Source: Prevotellaceae bacterium (GTDB lineage Bacteria; Bacteroidota; Bacteroidia; Bacteroidales; UBA932). Taken from it: 59,239 nucleotides of DNA. This document shows positions 1 through 11,835 of this stretch, piece after piece; positions within the stretch are counted from its first letter, which is position 1, and each line of letters begins with the position of its first letter. The stretch covers positions 1-59,239 of the forward strand of contig JAIRZQ010000165.1 in assembly GCA_031267135.1 (NCBI GenBank), written 5' to 3'. The position numbers and the translations under genes were made by a program. The notes below the pieces were generated by a model. The model did not search any database, had not been told where the DNA came from, and was given only the letters and a program-made list of their open reading frames with translations.

Positions 1-1694
1 GTGGAAGATGCGGTGTCAACATCTCCGTTAAGTCCCAAAGCTACCAAATCAACAGTATGCACGCCGGGGCTTAATGAAGTCGTCCACCACGACAGCGAGT
101 CTCTCACCGCGGTTTGCTCGACATTGTCTATAAACCATTTAAGATACCCGGGCGCTGTACTCATTGCATACTGCACAACCGCGCTGAAATGGGCAACCGT
201 ATCACAAAAAACCATTCCTTCCAAATCCTGATGATGGATTGTATCGCTGATACCTGGGTTTGTATAATAAAATGCCAAATCCAAATCGCGTGCAGCTGCG
301 CCGGCAAAGTAATAATATGACTCGTACGAGCCGAATCCGTAACATAACAATACAAGTCCCGAAGGATTGTCAAACAGGTATTGCCACGCGGATGCTGCAC
401 TACTTCCATTAAAAGCGTAATTATAAAATGAGTAACCAGATGGATGATCGTACCAAATGCCGGGTAACGGTACAGGAGTTCCATTCAACTTCAGCGTAGT
501 CGAGCTTTTAGTTGCAGTAGGAGTTACTATTAATGCACGATGATAATCTATTGCAGAAACTCCGGTAGGAATAAAAGGAGCAGCCAATATTGATTTAACC
601 GCCTGCTCTATAGGCGGGATCCACACAATGGAAGGATCTCCTTTGTCGTTATCTCCTATCAGATCTTCACTTTCATTTCTTTCATCCCGTCCCATTATAT
701 ATGAACAGACTGCAACAGGCTTGTCGGCTTCAATGAAAGTTCCATTATCATATACCAGCGCGGTATGTATTTCGATAAACTCACCTGCGTCTAAAGTATA
801 TGGAGGAGGAGCAGGCAGTACGGATTTGGAATAGCCGCCATTATCTTCCACTACGGTTCCTCCGACAAAATTAACCGTTGTATTAGCTTGAGACGCCAAA
901 ACCCTCGTTCGTACCATGCCCCGATGCGTAACAGGCACCATAAACCTGCGCCCCCAGGTGTTTACGGGCATAAACTGCTGATACAGAATATCCGCTCCGT
1001 TATGTAAATAAGTAGGAATAAAAACCCCGCTGTTTGTTACAAAAAAGGCAACAGGTTTGTTTGATGTGATATGCAATCCGGTTTGGTCCTGGCTTCTAAA
1101 CTTTGCATTAGGCCAGCGGTAATATACCTGACCTCTGCTCATATTTGCAGCAATCAGTACACTATCTTCCCAAAAGTCAGTACCGTTTTCGGTTGCAACC
1201 AGGGTATAGCCGTCACGCCACGAACCGCTTGCCTCGTATGATATGTGGTAATAATCGGTTCCAAGACTGCTGACAGGCAAAATATTGGTAGCGTCTGTAG
1301 TTATGTCGCGCTGATTCAATACATACAGGTATATCGGCTTTGTAGATGTTACATGTACCGATTTATTTGTTATTCCATTCTTGTCATTATTGTTATTTGC
1401 AGGATAAATAGCCTGTTTACGTGCGTTATTGGGTTCATAGTTATACACGCCCGGCGCGGCTATGTTCATAGTATGATTATGTGTAGTGCTCTCTCTATAC
1501 TCAAATGTAACTACAGTATTAGGTTCTTCTGCAACAACTCTGTATTGCAGATTAACCGTATTGGCTTCATAAGTACGGTTTTGCCCGCACGAAAACCAGA
1601 AGTCAGTGCCTTTTGTTGATAACTGGGCATTAAGTTTTTCGGATAACAGGGAAAAACTTACGATAAGCGATACGATATATACAGTAACTTTCAT
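1..1694 (-). CDS. Secreted protein with IgGFc-binding-protein-N-terminal-like domain (C-terminus runs off the window)
   Basis: This ORF is not in the supplied track. Translating the minus strand by hand from the ATG at 1694 gives an uninterrupted frame to position 3. It begins MKVTVYIVSLIVSFSLLSEKLNAQ (signal peptide), then LSTKGTDFWF... and ...GDPSIVWIPPIEQ..., which are motifs typical of this Bacteroidota surface-protein domain. Confidence 0.6.
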   Translation of the reverse strand, partial: MKVTVYIVSLIVSFSLLSEKLNAQLSTKGTDFWFSCGQNRTYEANTVNLQYRVVAEEPNTVVTFEYRESTTHNHTMNIAAPGVYNYEPNNARKQAIYPANNNNDKNGITNKSVHVTSTKPIYLYVLNQRDITTDATNILPVSSLGTDYYHISYEASGSWRDGYTLVATENGTDFWEDSVLIAANMSRGQVYYRWPNAKFRSQDQTGLHITSNKPVAFFVTNSGVFIPTYLHNGADILYQQFMPVNTWGRRFMVPVTHRGMVRTRVLASQANTTVNFVGGTVVEDNGGYSKSVLPAPPPYTLDAGEFIEIHTALVYDNGTFIEADKPVAVCSYIMGRDERNESEDLIGDNDKGDPSIVWIPPIEQAVKSILAAPFIPTGVSAIDYHRALIVTPTATKSSTTLKLNGTPVPLPGIWYDHPSGYSFYNYAFNGSSAASAWQYLFDNPSGLVLLCYGFGSYESYYYFAGAAARDLDLAFYYTNPGISDTIHHQDLEGMVFCDTVAHFSAVVQYAMSTAPGYLKWFIDNVEQTAVRDSLSWWTTSLSPGVHTVDLVALGLNGDVDTASS

Positions 1695-2190
1695 TGGAAA
1701 AAAATTTTTTACAAAGTTAATATATTTATTTAACAATTTTGACATCCGCTCAAAATTAAATTATATTTTTAGCTACATTTTCAAAAATAAAATGTTAAAA
1801 ATACATGTAATACGCACTGAAAAGCATATTGAAAATGCAAAACTTAAACTTGTTGAATATCATGTAACAATCTTAAAATCAGCCATATTTAATTTGCCTT
1901 TTTCGCTGATTTTATATATCTTAATATGTGTACCATAAAGAAACTAGACAATTATAAAATTTAACACTTTTTAAAAAGCGGAGTGTTAAAATTTTGTTGT
2001 TTTCAATAATTACGGTAGCATTTTTACCGAACAAATGAATGATTTTTTCTTTTTTGTAACAGATTTTTTTAGAATATTATATTTAATTAATTGTATTCCA
2101 TGTAAACCCGGTTAGCAGGTTATTTATTCAATAAATATTGCATGTAAAAAAAAACTATTAAATTTGTAACTAATATTAAAATTCACAGGA

Positions 2191-3597
2191 ATGGCAAATT
2201 TACATAAACTATTGATAACAACTGTATTGCTTATTATTTTACAGACATATTCGCTTGCTCAGATTACTGCGATTGGCGCTGATTATTCAAAGCAGACTTC
2301 GTTTTTGCGAGGCAAACCCGACATGATTCATGTGTTTTTCTCGCCTTTAACGGGAACTTTGGAAGCGCGGCATCATTCAAATGAAAATTCCAGTTTCACA
2401 TGGGAAAAACTGGATGTTGCGGCTCAAACATTTTTGTCGGTTCATGCCGAAAGCGGCATTTCCGTGAGTTCGTTCGGCAATCTGTCTGATGGTGGTTATC
2501 GCATTACCGCCGATTCGGCAGGATCGGGAACCTCGATTGACACATTTGCAGTTTGGGTTATAATAGATACTTTCAGCCTCGAAGGCGAAATCAAATATTC
2601 ATCAACCTGCGAATGGCTTGATTTGGATGCAACCGTTCGTCCCGGACCCAATGTTCCTTACCGTATTTATCAATTTGAAAATTCATCGGGAACGCTTTAT
2701 GACTCCATAATATATAACAGGCTTACAACAGACTGGACTACATCCGCTGATATTTACGACGGCTTGCCCGATATTGACGACTCGTGGACAAAATGGAATA
2801 AAACAACCGTAAGCGAACCTGCGCCTTTGGCCGATGCTGTTTATACGGTTACCATAAAAGACATTTTCGGAAAAACGGTAACGGCATCAACGCCGCTAAT
2901 TTCCGCAATAGCTGTATATCCTGCATTTACGGTAGAATCAAGAGATGAAAACGGAAACTGGGCGAGTACATCCACATACGCCACCGACAACAACAGCGCT
3001 TTGTATCGGGTTCGTTTCAAACACAACGATTCTCGACATGCAACAAAATATACGTGGAAAGGTTACGGAGATATGAATGTGGAGCAAACTCGAAATGTAC
3101 TTATATGGTCGCAAACAACAACCGATTCAAACGAAACGATTTCTCCCACAGTGCCGCATCGCACAGGAAATCTTGAGGGCTACCCTACCGGAAAATACGG
3201 ATTTCAATTAATAGTGGAAAACACGTCAACAGGCTGCAGCGACTCATCGCTGCTATCATATATAAATGTTGCACCATCTGATTTGCCTTCTAAATCAATA
3301 CCTAATGCATTTACTCCAAACGGAGATGGGCAAAATGATATTTTTAAATTTATCAAAAGTCAGGAACCCAAGTCGATGCGTACAATCAGAATACAGATTT
3401 TCGACAGAGCAGGACATAATGTTTATTCGTACAGCGGAGACTACGAACAGTGGCAAGGCTGGAATGGAAAGTTAAACAACAGCGGAGTTCAGTGCGCATC
3501 GGGAGTTTATTATTATGTTGTAAGCGGAATAGGCTGGGATGATGCTTCGCATGATGGTAAAGAATACCGCAGCTTTCTGCATTTATTCACAGATTAA
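2191..3597 (+). CDS. T9SS type-B (gliding-motility-associated C-terminal domain, CHU_C-like) secreted protein
   Basis: N-terminal signal MANLHKLLITTVLLIILQTYSLAQ. The C-terminus reads NAFTPNGDGQNDIFKF...IQIFDRAGHNVYSY...WNGK...GVYYYVV, the hallmark of the type-B T9SS sorting domain. Confidence 0.75.
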   Translation: MANLHKLLITTVLLIILQTYSLAQITAIGADYSKQTSFLRGKPDMIHVFFSPLTGTLEARHHSNENSSFTWEKLDVAAQTFLSVHAESGISVSSFGNLSDGGYRITADSAGSGTSIDTFAVWVIIDTFSLEGEIKYSSTCEWLDLDATVRPGPNVPYRIYQFENSSGTLYDSIIYNRLTTDWTTSADIYDGLPDIDDSWTKWNKTTVSEPAPLADAVYTVTIKDIFGKTVTASTPLISAIAVYPAFTVESRDENGNWASTSTYATDNNSALYRVRFKHNDSRHATKYTWKGYGDMNVEQTRNVLIWSQTTTDSNETISPTVPHRTGNLEGYPTGKYGFQLIVENTSTGCSDSSLLSYINVAPSDLPSKSIPNAFTPNGDGQNDIFKFIKSQEPKSMRTIRIQIFDRAGHNVYSYSGDYEQWQGWNGKLNNSGVQCASGVYYYVVSGIGWDDASHDGKEYRSFLHLFTD

Positions 3598-3638
3598 GCA
3601 TAATATCAAATTCAGTTTAAGCAAATTTATATCTGTTA

Positions 3639-4853
3639 ATGAATATTTTCTACAATCTGGCGATACATGCTTACGGAAGATTAATTGCCATAGCGGCATG
3701 TTTTAACGAAAAGGCGAAAAAACGGCACAACGGAAGTCATAATACATGGAATATCCTCGAAAAACAGGCAGATAAAAAATCGAAATATGTTTGGTTTCAT
3801 GTGTCATCCCTCGGCGAGTTTGAACAGGGGCGTCCAGTGATGGAAAGGTTAAAAGAAAAGAGTCCTCAAACAAAAATTCTGCTTACATTTTTTTCGCCTT
3901 CAGGCTACGAGGTTCGTAAAAATTATTTATGCGCCGACATTGTGTGCTATCTTCCAACCGATACGATGAAAAATGTCAAAAAGTTTTTTTCGCTTGTAAA
4001 TATAGAAAAGGCAATATTTGTAAAATACGAATTCTGGGGAAATTTTTTGCACGAACTTAAAAATCATAACATTCCAACATACATTGTTTCAGCAATCTTC
4101 AGAAAAAAACAAGCATTTTTTAAAATTTACGGAGGGTTTTACCGCAACATGCTGAAATGTTTTACTCATCTCTTCGTGCAGGACGACAATTCACTGAAAC
4201 TGCTTAAAACAATAGATATTTACAAGGTTACGGTTGCCGGAGATACCCGTTTCGACAGAGTGTGTTACATCGCGAGTCAATCCAAAAGTCTTCCTCTGAT
4301 AGAAAAATTTATTGATGGGAAAAAGACTGTTGTTGCAGGCAGTACATGGGCAGCAGATGAAGAATTAATATTGAAGTATCTCAATGAAAACAAAAATGTG
4401 AAACTTGTAATAGCTCCGCACGAAATACACGAATCGCACATATCTGAAATATGCAGTAAGATTAAATGTTCGCATTTGCGCTATTCGCAGCTGACGGACG
4501 ATAACGCTGCAAGTGCGGATTGTGTAATTGTTGACTGTTTCGGAATATTATCGTCAATTTATCGTTATGCCGACATTGCATATATTGGCGGCGGTTTCGG
4601 CGCAGGAATACACAACACACTGGAAGCTGCCGTTTACGGAATACCTGTAGTGTGGGGAACAAATTACATGAAGTTCAGAGAAGCGCGTGAACTGATAGCC
4701 TGTGGTGGCGGCTTTTCGGTTTCCGATTATAAATCGCTGAAAAACACCTTTGATAATTTGCTTGTTGATTCTGCTGTCGGCAAAAAAGTAGCTGAATACG
4801 TAGAACAAAATATCGGAGCAACCGAAAAAATATTAAACGCGACAGGTTATTAA
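3639..4853 (+). CDS. waaA: 3-deoxy-D-manno-octulosonic acid (Kdo) transferase
   Basis: 404 aa. The N-terminal glycosyltransferase motif WFHVSSLGEFEQGRPV and the C-terminal ...IGGGFGAGIHNTLEAAVYGIPV... are typical of KdtA/WaaA. Confidence 0.85.
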   Translation: MNIFYNLAIHAYGRLIAIAACFNEKAKKRHNGSHNTWNILEKQADKKSKYVWFHVSSLGEFEQGRPVMERLKEKSPQTKILLTFFSPSGYEVRKNYLCADIVCYLPTDTMKNVKKFFSLVNIEKAIFVKYEFWGNFLHELKNHNIPTYIVSAIFRKKQAFFKIYGGFYRNMLKCFTHLFVQDDNSLKLLKTIDIYKVTVAGDTRFDRVCYIASQSKSLPLIEKFIDGKKTVVAGSTWAADEELILKYLNENKNVKLVIAPHEIHESHISEICSKIKCSHLRYSQLTDDNAASADCVIVDCFGILSSIYRYADIAYIGGGFGAGIHNTLEAAVYGIPVVWGTNYMKFREARELIACGGGFSVSDYKSLKNTFDNLLVDSAVGKKVAEYVEQNIGATEKILNATGY

Positions 4854-5072
4854 TCTCTGCAAAGAAAATTTACACACACAGTTGCTCTTTCTTTACAAAT
4901 AAAATTTATTAATAGACATCTTCGGAAAATAATCAGTAATTCCAAATGAACATGCTGAAAAACGGCATTGCAGGTATTCTTTTAAATTATTATTTATAAT
5001 TTTATGAAAATCAACATATTCTCCGTTACAGCAAAGTCTCTTTTCAAAGTTTTAACGAAACAGTTAAAAATA

Positions 5073-5858
5073 TTACATTTCAAAATTAACGCCTTTAATA
5101 ATGCCTCGTTTTGAGATGCGAATAAAATCAAGGATAATATCACGTTCTTCTGTTTGAGGAAAATCTATCTCGACTTTGTTACAGGCATCGGTTGTATTCA
5201 GATCCGACTGATAAATTATTTTATAAATCTCAAATATTTCGTTTATTTTTTCGTTAGAAAAATTGCGGCGGCGTAATCCTATGCGGTTTACTCCTCCAAA
5301 TGAAAGCGGCAAATGCCCTGCAATAATGTACGGCGGCACATCTTTCGGAACAAGCGAGCCTCCCGAAACCATTGCATGCGCTCCGATTCGGGTAAATTGA
5401 TGCGTTCCTGCTTTTCCTCCGATGATAGCCCAATCGTGAACATCTGTTTCGCCTGCAAGCCCTGCGAAACTTGAAAGTATCACGTTGTCCCCTATAACAC
5501 AATCGTGCGCTACATGTACATACGACATCAGCAGGCAGTTGTCTCCTACTTTTGTTTTAAACTTACCGCTTGCCGCTGTTCCTCTGTTTATGGTAACATA
5601 TTCGCGAACAATAACATTATCGCCGATGATGGCATAAGTTTCTTCTCCCTGAAATTTCAAATCCTGAGGGATGGCGCCAATTACTGCGCCGGGAAAAATC
5701 ACACAGTTTTTCCCTATTTTTACATTTTCCATTATGGTAACATTGTTACCGATTTTTGTTCCTTCGCCTATTTCTACGTTTTTTTCGATTACGGTAAATG
5801 GTCCTACGGTTACATTAGGAGCAAGTTTTACATTAGGATGAATTATTGAAAGTTTCAT
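5073..5858 (-). CDS. lpxA: Acyl-ACP--UDP-N-acetylglucosamine O-acyltransferase
   Basis: 261 aa with left-handed beta-helix hexapeptide repeats throughout and an LpxA-type C-terminal helical domain. It lies immediately downstream of lpxC/fabZ. Confidence 0.9.
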   Translation of the reverse strand: MKLSIIHPNVKLAPNVTVGPFTVIEKNVEIGEGTKIGNNVTIMENVKIGKNCVIFPGAVIGAIPQDLKFQGEETYAIIGDNVIVREYVTINRGTAASGKFKTKVGDNCLLMSYVHVAHDCVIGDNVILSSFAGLAGETDVHDWAIIGGKAGTHQFTRIGAHAMVSGGSLVPKDVPPYIIAGHLPLSFGGVNRIGLRRRNFSNEKINEIFEIYKIIYQSDLNTTDACNKVEIDFPQTEERDIILDFIRISKRGIIKGVNFEM

Positions 5859-5866
5859 ATATCAGT

Positions 5867-7261
5867 TTATTTATTTTTAATAACTTGTGCTGTCATTTCT
5901 CCTTCGGCTACCAAATTTTCGCCTACAAACGCCTGAGCCGACATAATGACAATTCCGCGACGGATTGGTTCTGTAAGAGTAAGCTTAAGTATCAGAGTAT
6001 CTCCGGGAACAACCTTATCTCTAAATTTCACTTTATCTATTTTCAAAAAGTATGTAGAATAAAGTTCCGGGTCTGCAACATTGCCGAGTACGAGCAATCC
6101 TCCGCATTGCGCCATTGCTTCTATAATTAAAACGCCCGGCATAACCGGTTCTTCGGGAAAATGTCCCACAAAAAACGGTTCGTTCATTGTTACATTTTTT
6201 ACACCTACGATTGTTGTTTCGTTACGGGTTAAAATCTTATCTACCAGCAGGAACGGCGGGCGATGCGGCAGCATTTTGCGTATTGCCTTAATATCAAAAA
6301 GAGGTTCTTCGCTCGGATCGTATACAGGTACGCTTGGTTTTGTCAATGATTTTTTTGCCGCTTTACGCAATATCTTTGCCATTTCGGTATTCGACGAATG
6401 TCCGGGCTTATCGGCATAGACTTTTCCTATTATCGGATATCCTACAAGCGACAAATCGCCAATCAAATCAAGCATTTTGTGCCGTGCAGGCTCGTTAAGA
6501 AAACGTAATTTCAAGTTGTTCAAATATCCTTCTTTTACCCTTTCTACGCTTTTTTTGTTAAATAATCCTGCTACTCTGTCCAAATCTTCCTGTGGAACAT
6601 CATTTTCGACAATCACAATAGCATTTTCCATGTCGCCGCCTTTTATAAGATTTCGTTTGAACAATATTTCCAGTTCGTGAAAAAAAACAAAAGTTCGACA
6701 GGGCGCTATTTCCTTTGCAAACTCATCGATTGATGTCAATCGTGCATATTGATTTCCAAGAACTTTTGATTTGAAATCTACGGTTACGTCAATACTGAAT
6801 TTACTGTCGGGAAGAATGATTATTTCTGTTCCATCTTCGTTTTTGTAAACAAATTTTTCTTTCACTTCAAAATACCATTTATCGGCATCCTGTTCTGCTA
6901 TTCCGGCTTTAAGAAGTTCTTCGACATGTACTTTTGCGCTTCCGTCCATAATAGGAACTTCGGGTGCGTTAATTTTTATCAAAGCGTTATCAATCCCCAA
7001 GCCGAAAAGCGCTGCCATTATGTGTTCTATTGTACTTATACGAATGTTTTTGTTTTCTATTGTCGTACCGCGCGAAGTGTCTGTAATATAATCGGCAAAA
7101 GCATCAATCACAGGCTGTTCGTCCAAATCAGTACGTTGAAATTTTATTCCGTGATTTGGTTCTGCCGGACAAATCGTCATTTCAACATCAAGCCCCGTAT
7201 GAAGACCTTTTCCTTTAAGAATAACTTCTTTGCTTAATGTTTGCTGTTTTTGTTGAATCAT
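5867..7261 (-). CDS. lpxC/fabZ: Bifunctional UDP-3-O-acyl-GlcNAc deacetylase / 3-hydroxyacyl-ACP dehydratase
   Basis: 464 aa. The N-terminal LpxC region contains GKGLHTG...TTIEN...IEHIMAAL. The C-terminal FabZ hot-dog region contains LPHRPPFLLVDKI...NEPFFVGHFPEEPVMPGVLIIEAMAQ. The fusion is characteristic of Bacteroidota. Confidence 0.92.
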   Translation of the reverse strand: MIQQKQQTLSKEVILKGKGLHTGLDVEMTICPAEPNHGIKFQRTDLDEQPVIDAFADYITDTSRGTTIENKNIRISTIEHIMAALFGLGIDNALIKINAPEVPIMDGSAKVHVEELLKAGIAEQDADKWYFEVKEKFVYKNEDGTEIIILPDSKFSIDVTVDFKSKVLGNQYARLTSIDEFAKEIAPCRTFVFFHELEILFKRNLIKGGDMENAIVIVENDVPQEDLDRVAGLFNKKSVERVKEGYLNNLKLRFLNEPARHKMLDLIGDLSLVGYPIIGKVYADKPGHSSNTEMAKILRKAAKKSLTKPSVPVYDPSEEPLFDIKAIRKMLPHRPPFLLVDKILTRNETTIVGVKNVTMNEPFFVGHFPEEPVMPGVLIIEAMAQCGGLLVLGNVADPELYSTYFLKIDKVKFRDKVVPGDTLILKLTLTEPIRRGIVIMSAQAFVGENLVAEGEMTAQVIKNK

Positions 7262-7410
7262 ATATTTATTAATATGTGTTTATTAAAAAAATCATAAATA
7301 ATCGACAAAAGTAAGAAAAAAAACCGAATTTTGAAAAAATTGATTAAGCCGGTTATCAAATTCGACTGCTGTTGAAGTCTGTTCATCATAAAATTATTGC
7401 AGCTTTTCGT

Positions 7411-7441
7411 AAAAAATAAAGCTGCTCAATTGTGAACAGCC
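7411..7441 (-). terminator. Putative rho-independent terminator after rpoC
   Basis: Hairpin gctgctc/gaacagc at 7421-7440 with one mismatch. On the minus strand it is followed by a T-rich run, the complement of 7411-7420 (aaaaaataaa). Confidence 0.4.
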
Positions 7442-7463
7442 TTATTTTTTTGTTGCATTGTTT

Positions 7464-10400
7464 TTATTTTGATAATTTTTCTTCGATTGTAAGTTTTCCC
7501 GACATCATTCTCTGATAGTCTGACATTGAGGCTACGGCAAGATTATCAAAGCGTTTCAAGCCTGTACCGGCAGGAAGCTGATGTCCGCAGATAACATTTT
7601 CTTTCAATCCTTCGAGTGTATCAATTTTTCCCCGTATAGCCGCTTCGTTCAATACTTTTGTGGTTTCCTGGAACGATGCAGCCGACATATAGCTTGTCGT
7701 TTGCAGAGCTGCACGTGTAATTCCCTGCAATACCTGGCTCGATGTTGCCGGCATTGCATCTCTTACGGCAACCTGTTTCTTGTCTTTACGCTTGAGCATA
7801 GAATTTTCGTCACGCAATGTGCGTGCAGTTATTATCTGTCCGGGTTTCAAGTCGATGGAATCACCGCTGTCTTCAACCACTTTCTTATCATAAATCCAAT
7901 CGTTTTCCTGCATAAATTCCCATTTATCGACAATTTGTTCGGGCAAGAATTTTGTGTCGCCCGGATCAATAATTTCTACTTTACGCATCATTTGACGGAC
8001 AATGACTTCAAAATGTTTGTCGTTGATTTTTACTCCCTGTAATCGGTAAACTTCCTGCACTTCGTTTACAATATATTCCTGAACCTTTGTAGGTCCCTGA
8101 ATTAACAGTATGTCTAAAGGCGTTATTGCCCCGTCGGAAAGCGGTGTTCCTGCTCGTACATAATCGTTTTCCTGTACGAGAATCTGTCGCGACAGCGGAA
8201 CGAGGTATTTTTTTTCTTCACCCGTTTTTGATGTTACGATAATTTCACGGTTACCGCGTTTTATTTTTCCTAACGAAACTTCGCCGTCTATTTCGGATAC
8301 AACTGCAGGATTTGACGGATTGCGCGCTTCAAACAATTCGGTAACACGCGGAAGACCTCCGGTAATGTCGCCTGCCTTGCCCAATGCACGAGGTATCTTT
8401 ACTAAAATATCGCCCGCCTTAACTTTTTGTCCTTCTTCAACAACAATGTGTGCGCCAACGGGCAGATTGTACTGTTTGATTTCAGTATTTTTCGAATCAA
8501 GAATCTGCACTATCGGATTAAGGTTTTTTTCACGCGATTCGATAATAACCTTTTCTTTGAAGCCTGTCTGCTCATCGGATTCTTCGCGATATGTCTTACC
8601 ATCAATAAGTCCATCAAATCCGATTTTTCCTGCATATTCCGAAATAATTACGGCGTTGTAGGGATCATAGTCGCAAATTACATCGCCTTTGTTGATTACT
8701 GTTCCGTTTTTGAAATATAAACTTGCTCCGTAGGGAACATTGTGTGTATACAGGGTAATTCCTGTATTTACGTCAACAATTCTTAATTCTGCCAAACGTC
8801 CTATAACCATGTCAATGCTTTTGCCATCGTCGCTTACTTTTGTAACGGTACGAAGTTCGTCAATTTCGAGACGTCCGCCATAACGTGCAATTATTTTATT
8901 ATCGGTAGCTGCCCCGCCTGCAACTCCGCCAACGTGGAAAGTACGAAGAGTCAACTGCGTACCCGGTTCTCCGATTGATTGCGCTGCTATAACTCCTACG
9001 GCTTCACCGCGCTGTACCATGCGTCCTGTTGCAAGGTTGCGTCCATAACATTTTGCACAAACGCCTTTGCGAGATTCGCAAGTAAGCACCGAACGAATTT
9101 CAACCTGCTCAATTGGCGATGAATCTATTTCATTCGCTATTTCTTCTGTAAATTCTTCGCCTGCAGCAATAATCATTTTACCTGTAAGCGGATGAAAAAT
9201 ATCATGTACGGATGTGCGTCCGAGTATTTTATCGTAAAGCGATTCTACAATTTCATCATTATTTTTGATTGCCGTAACCGTCAAACCGCGTAATGTTCCG
9301 CAATCATCTTCATTGATAATAACATCCTGCGAAACATCAACCAAGCGCCGCGTAAGATAACCGGCATCGGCAGTTTTAAGAGCCGTGTCAGCCAAACCCT
9401 TACGCGCGCCGTGAGTCGAAATAAAGTATTCGAGAACCGAAAGCCCTTCTTTGAAATTTGCAAGAATAGGATTTTCGATAATCTGTCCGCCTTCGGCGCC
9501 TGACTTTTGAGGCTTTGCCATCAATCCGCGCATGCCGCCAAGCTGACGAATCTGTTCTTTCGAACCGCGAGCTCCGGAATCAAGCATCATGTACACAGGA
9601 TTGAAACCCTGCTTGTCGCTTGCAAGTTGATTTAACAATATTTTTGTTATACGGGAATTGGTATGCGTCCAAATATCAATAATCTGATTATAACGTTCGT
9701 TGTTTGTGATGAATCCCATATTATAGTTATTCATTACTTCTTCTACCTGTGCATAACCTTCTTCTACAAGCCGGTTTTTTTCTTCGGGAACTATAACATC
9801 TCCGAGATTAAACGACAATCCGCCTTTAAATGCCATCTGATAACCCATGTTTTTAATATCGTCAAGAAATTCGGATGTGCGTGCAATTCCTGTTTTCTTC
9901 AATACTTTCCCTATAATGTCGCGCAATGATTTTTTTGTAAGAAGTTCGTTGATATAGCCTACTTCTTCCGGTACAACCTGATTGAATATTATACGACCTA
10001 TTGTGGTTTCGATGATTTCATTTTTTTCGATTTCATCGTCCTCGGATTTTGTATTTATGCGTACTTTAACTATTGCGTGCAAGTCTGCACGTTTTTCATT
10101 ATAGGCGATAATGGCTTCTTCCGTTCCATAAAAAACAAATCCTTCGCCTTTGGCATTTTTTCTTGGTTTTGTAATATAATACAAGCCAAGTACCATATCC
10201 TGTGATGGAACTGTGATTGGAGCGCCGTTGGCAGGATTAAGAATATTGTGTGAACCGAGCATTAATATTTGAGCTTCGAGAATTGCCGCATTGCCAAGAG
10301 GCAGATGTACAGCCATTTGGTCGCCATCAAAATCGGCATTGAAAGCCGTACATGCAAGCGGATGTAACTGTATAGCCTTTCCTTCAATAAGTTTTGGCTG

Positions 10401-11747
10401 AAATGCCTGAATCCCCAAACGGTGTAAAGTTGGCGCACGATTAAGCAAAACGGGATGTCCTTTCATTACATTTTCCAAAATATCATATACGACAGGATCT
10501 TTCCGGTCAACGATTTTCTTTGCAGATTTTACCGTTTTTACTATTCCGCGTTCTATAAGCTTGCGAATAACAAATGGCTTGTATAATTCGGCAGCCATAT
10601 CTTTTGGCAAACCACATTCGTGCATTTTAAGTTCCGGACCAACAACGATTACCGAACGGGCAGAATAATCTACACGCTTACCCAACAAGTTTTGGCGAAA
10701 ACGTCCCTGCTTTCCTTTCAGCGAATCGGAAAGTGATTTTAAAGCCCGGTTGGATTCTGTTTTTACCGCATTCGATTTACGCGAATTGTCAAACAGTGAA
10801 TCAACAGCCTCCTGTAACATGCGTTTTTCATTACGGAGAATTACGTCGGGAGCCTTTATTTCCAGCAATCGTTTAAGACGGTTATTGCGAATAATTACCC
10901 GACGATACAGGTCGTTCAAATCGGATGTGGCAAATCGTCCGCCGTCGAGCGGTACCAATGGACGAAGCTCCGGCGGAATGACCGGCAATACTTTCATAAT
11001 CATCCATTCTGGTTTATTTATGTCTTTTGCTTCGCGAAATGCTTCAACTACATTAAGGCGTTTAAGCGCATCCGCCTTACGCTGTTGAGATGTTTCGGTA
11101 TTTGCTTTATGTCGCAACGAGTATGAAAGTTCGTCCAAATCGAGTTCTGAAAGGAATTTATAAAGAACTTCCGCTCCCATTCCTGCTACAAACTTATTCG
11201 GATCTTCGTCGTCAAGCAATTGATTTTCTTTTGGCAGTGTAGCAATCAAATCGTCGTATTCATCGCCTGTGAGCAAATCGTATTTATTAATGCCATCGGC
11301 TTGTTTGATGCCCGGATTAACAACTATGTACTTTTCATAATAAATAATTGCCTCCAGCTTTTTTGCGGGAATACCGAGCAAGTATCCTATTTTATTGGGA
11401 TTTGAACGGAAATACCATATATGAGCTACCGGCACTATCAGCGATATGTGACCGACTCTTTCGCGCCGCACTTTTTTTTCGGTAACTTCAACGCCGCAAC
11501 GGTCGCAAACTATGCCTTTGTATCGTATGCGTTTATATTTGCCGCAATGACATTCGTAGTCTTTTACAGGTCCGAAAATACGTTCGCAAAACAAACCGTC
11601 GCGTTCGGGCTTGTATGTTCTGTAATTTATTGTTTCAGGCTTAAAAACTTCACCGCTCGAATATTCCAGAATTTCTTCGGGCGATGCCAAACCGATTTTA
11701 ATTTTATTAAAGTTGCTTTTAACTTTATTTTCTTTTTTTAAAGCCAT
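7464..11747 (-). CDS. rpoC: DNA-directed RNA polymerase subunit beta'
   Basis: 1427 aa with unmistakable RpoC motifs, including [12 protein letters not shown] and the zinc-binding CHCGKYK...CDRCGVEV. Confidence 0.98.
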   Translation of the reverse strand: MALKKENKVKSNFNKIKIGLASPEEILEYSSGEVFKPETINYRTYKPERDGLFCERIFGPVKDYECHCGKYKRIRYKGIVCDRCGVEVTEKKVRRERVGHISLIVPVAHIWYFRSNPNKIGYLLGIPAKKLEAIIYYEKYIVVNPGIKQADGINKYDLLTGDEYDDLIATLPKENQLLDDEDPNKFVAGMGAEVLYKFLSELDLDELSYSLRHKANTETSQQRKADALKRLNVVEAFREAKDINKPEWMIMKVLPVIPPELRPLVPLDGGRFATSDLNDLYRRVIIRNNRLKRLLEIKAPDVILRNEKRMLQEAVDSLFDNSRKSNAVKTESNRALKSLSDSLKGKQGRFRQNLLGKRVDYSARSVIVVGPELKMHECGLPKDMAAELYKPFVIRKLIERGIVKTVKSAKKIVDRKDPVVYDILENVMKGHPVLLNRAPTLHRLGIQAFQPKLIEGKAIQLHPLACTAFNADFDGDQMAVHLPLGNAAILEAQILMLGSHNILNPANGAPITVPSQDMVLGLYYITKPRKNAKGEGFVFYGTEEAIIAYNEKRADLHAIVKVRINTKSEDDEIEKNEIIETTIGRIIFNQVVPEEVGYINELLTKKSLRDIIGKVLKKTGIARTSEFLDDIKNMGYQMAFKGGLSFNLGDVIVPEEKNRLVEEGYAQVEEVMNNYNMGFITNNERYNQIIDIWTHTNSRITKILLNQLASDKQGFNPVYMMLDSGARGSKEQIRQLGGMRGLMAKPQKSGAEGGQIIENPILANFKEGLSVLEYFISTHGARKGLADTALKTADAGYLTRRLVDVSQDVIINEDDCGTLRGLTVTAIKNNDEIVESLYDKILGRTSVHDIFHPLTGKMIIAAGEEFTEEIANEIDSSPIEQVEIRSVLTCESRKGVCAKCYGRNLATGRMVQRGEAVGVIAAQSIGEPGTQLTLRTFHVGGVAGGAATDNKIIARYGGRLEIDELRTVTKVSDDGKSIDMVIGRLAELRIVDVNTGITLYTHNVPYGASLYFKNGTVINKGDVICDYDPYNAVIISEYAGKIGFDGLIDGKTYREESDEQTGFKEKVIIESREKNLNPIVQILDSKNTEIKQYNLPVGAHIVVEEGQKVKAGDILVKIPRALGKAGDITGGLPRVTELFEARNPSNPAVVSEIDGEVSLGKIKRGNREIIVTSKTGEEKKYLVPLSRQILVQENDYVRAGTPLSDGAITPLDILLIQGPTKVQEYIVNEVQEVYRLQGVKINDKHFEVIVRQMMRKVEIIDPGDTKFLPEQIVDKWEFMQENDWIYDKKVVEDSGDSIDLKPGQIITARTLRDENSMLKRKDKKQVAVRDAMPATSSQVLQGITRAALQTTSYMSAASFQETTKVLNEAAIRGKIDTLEGLKENVICGHQLPAGTGLKRFDNLAVASMSDYQRMMSGKLTIEEKLSK

Positions 11748-11835
11748 TGTATTCTGTTTAATTATTAAGAATTTTTACTTTATAAATAAGTTTCAGACAG
11801 TAAGTATTTTAATACATACGATGAAACAATCTTTT

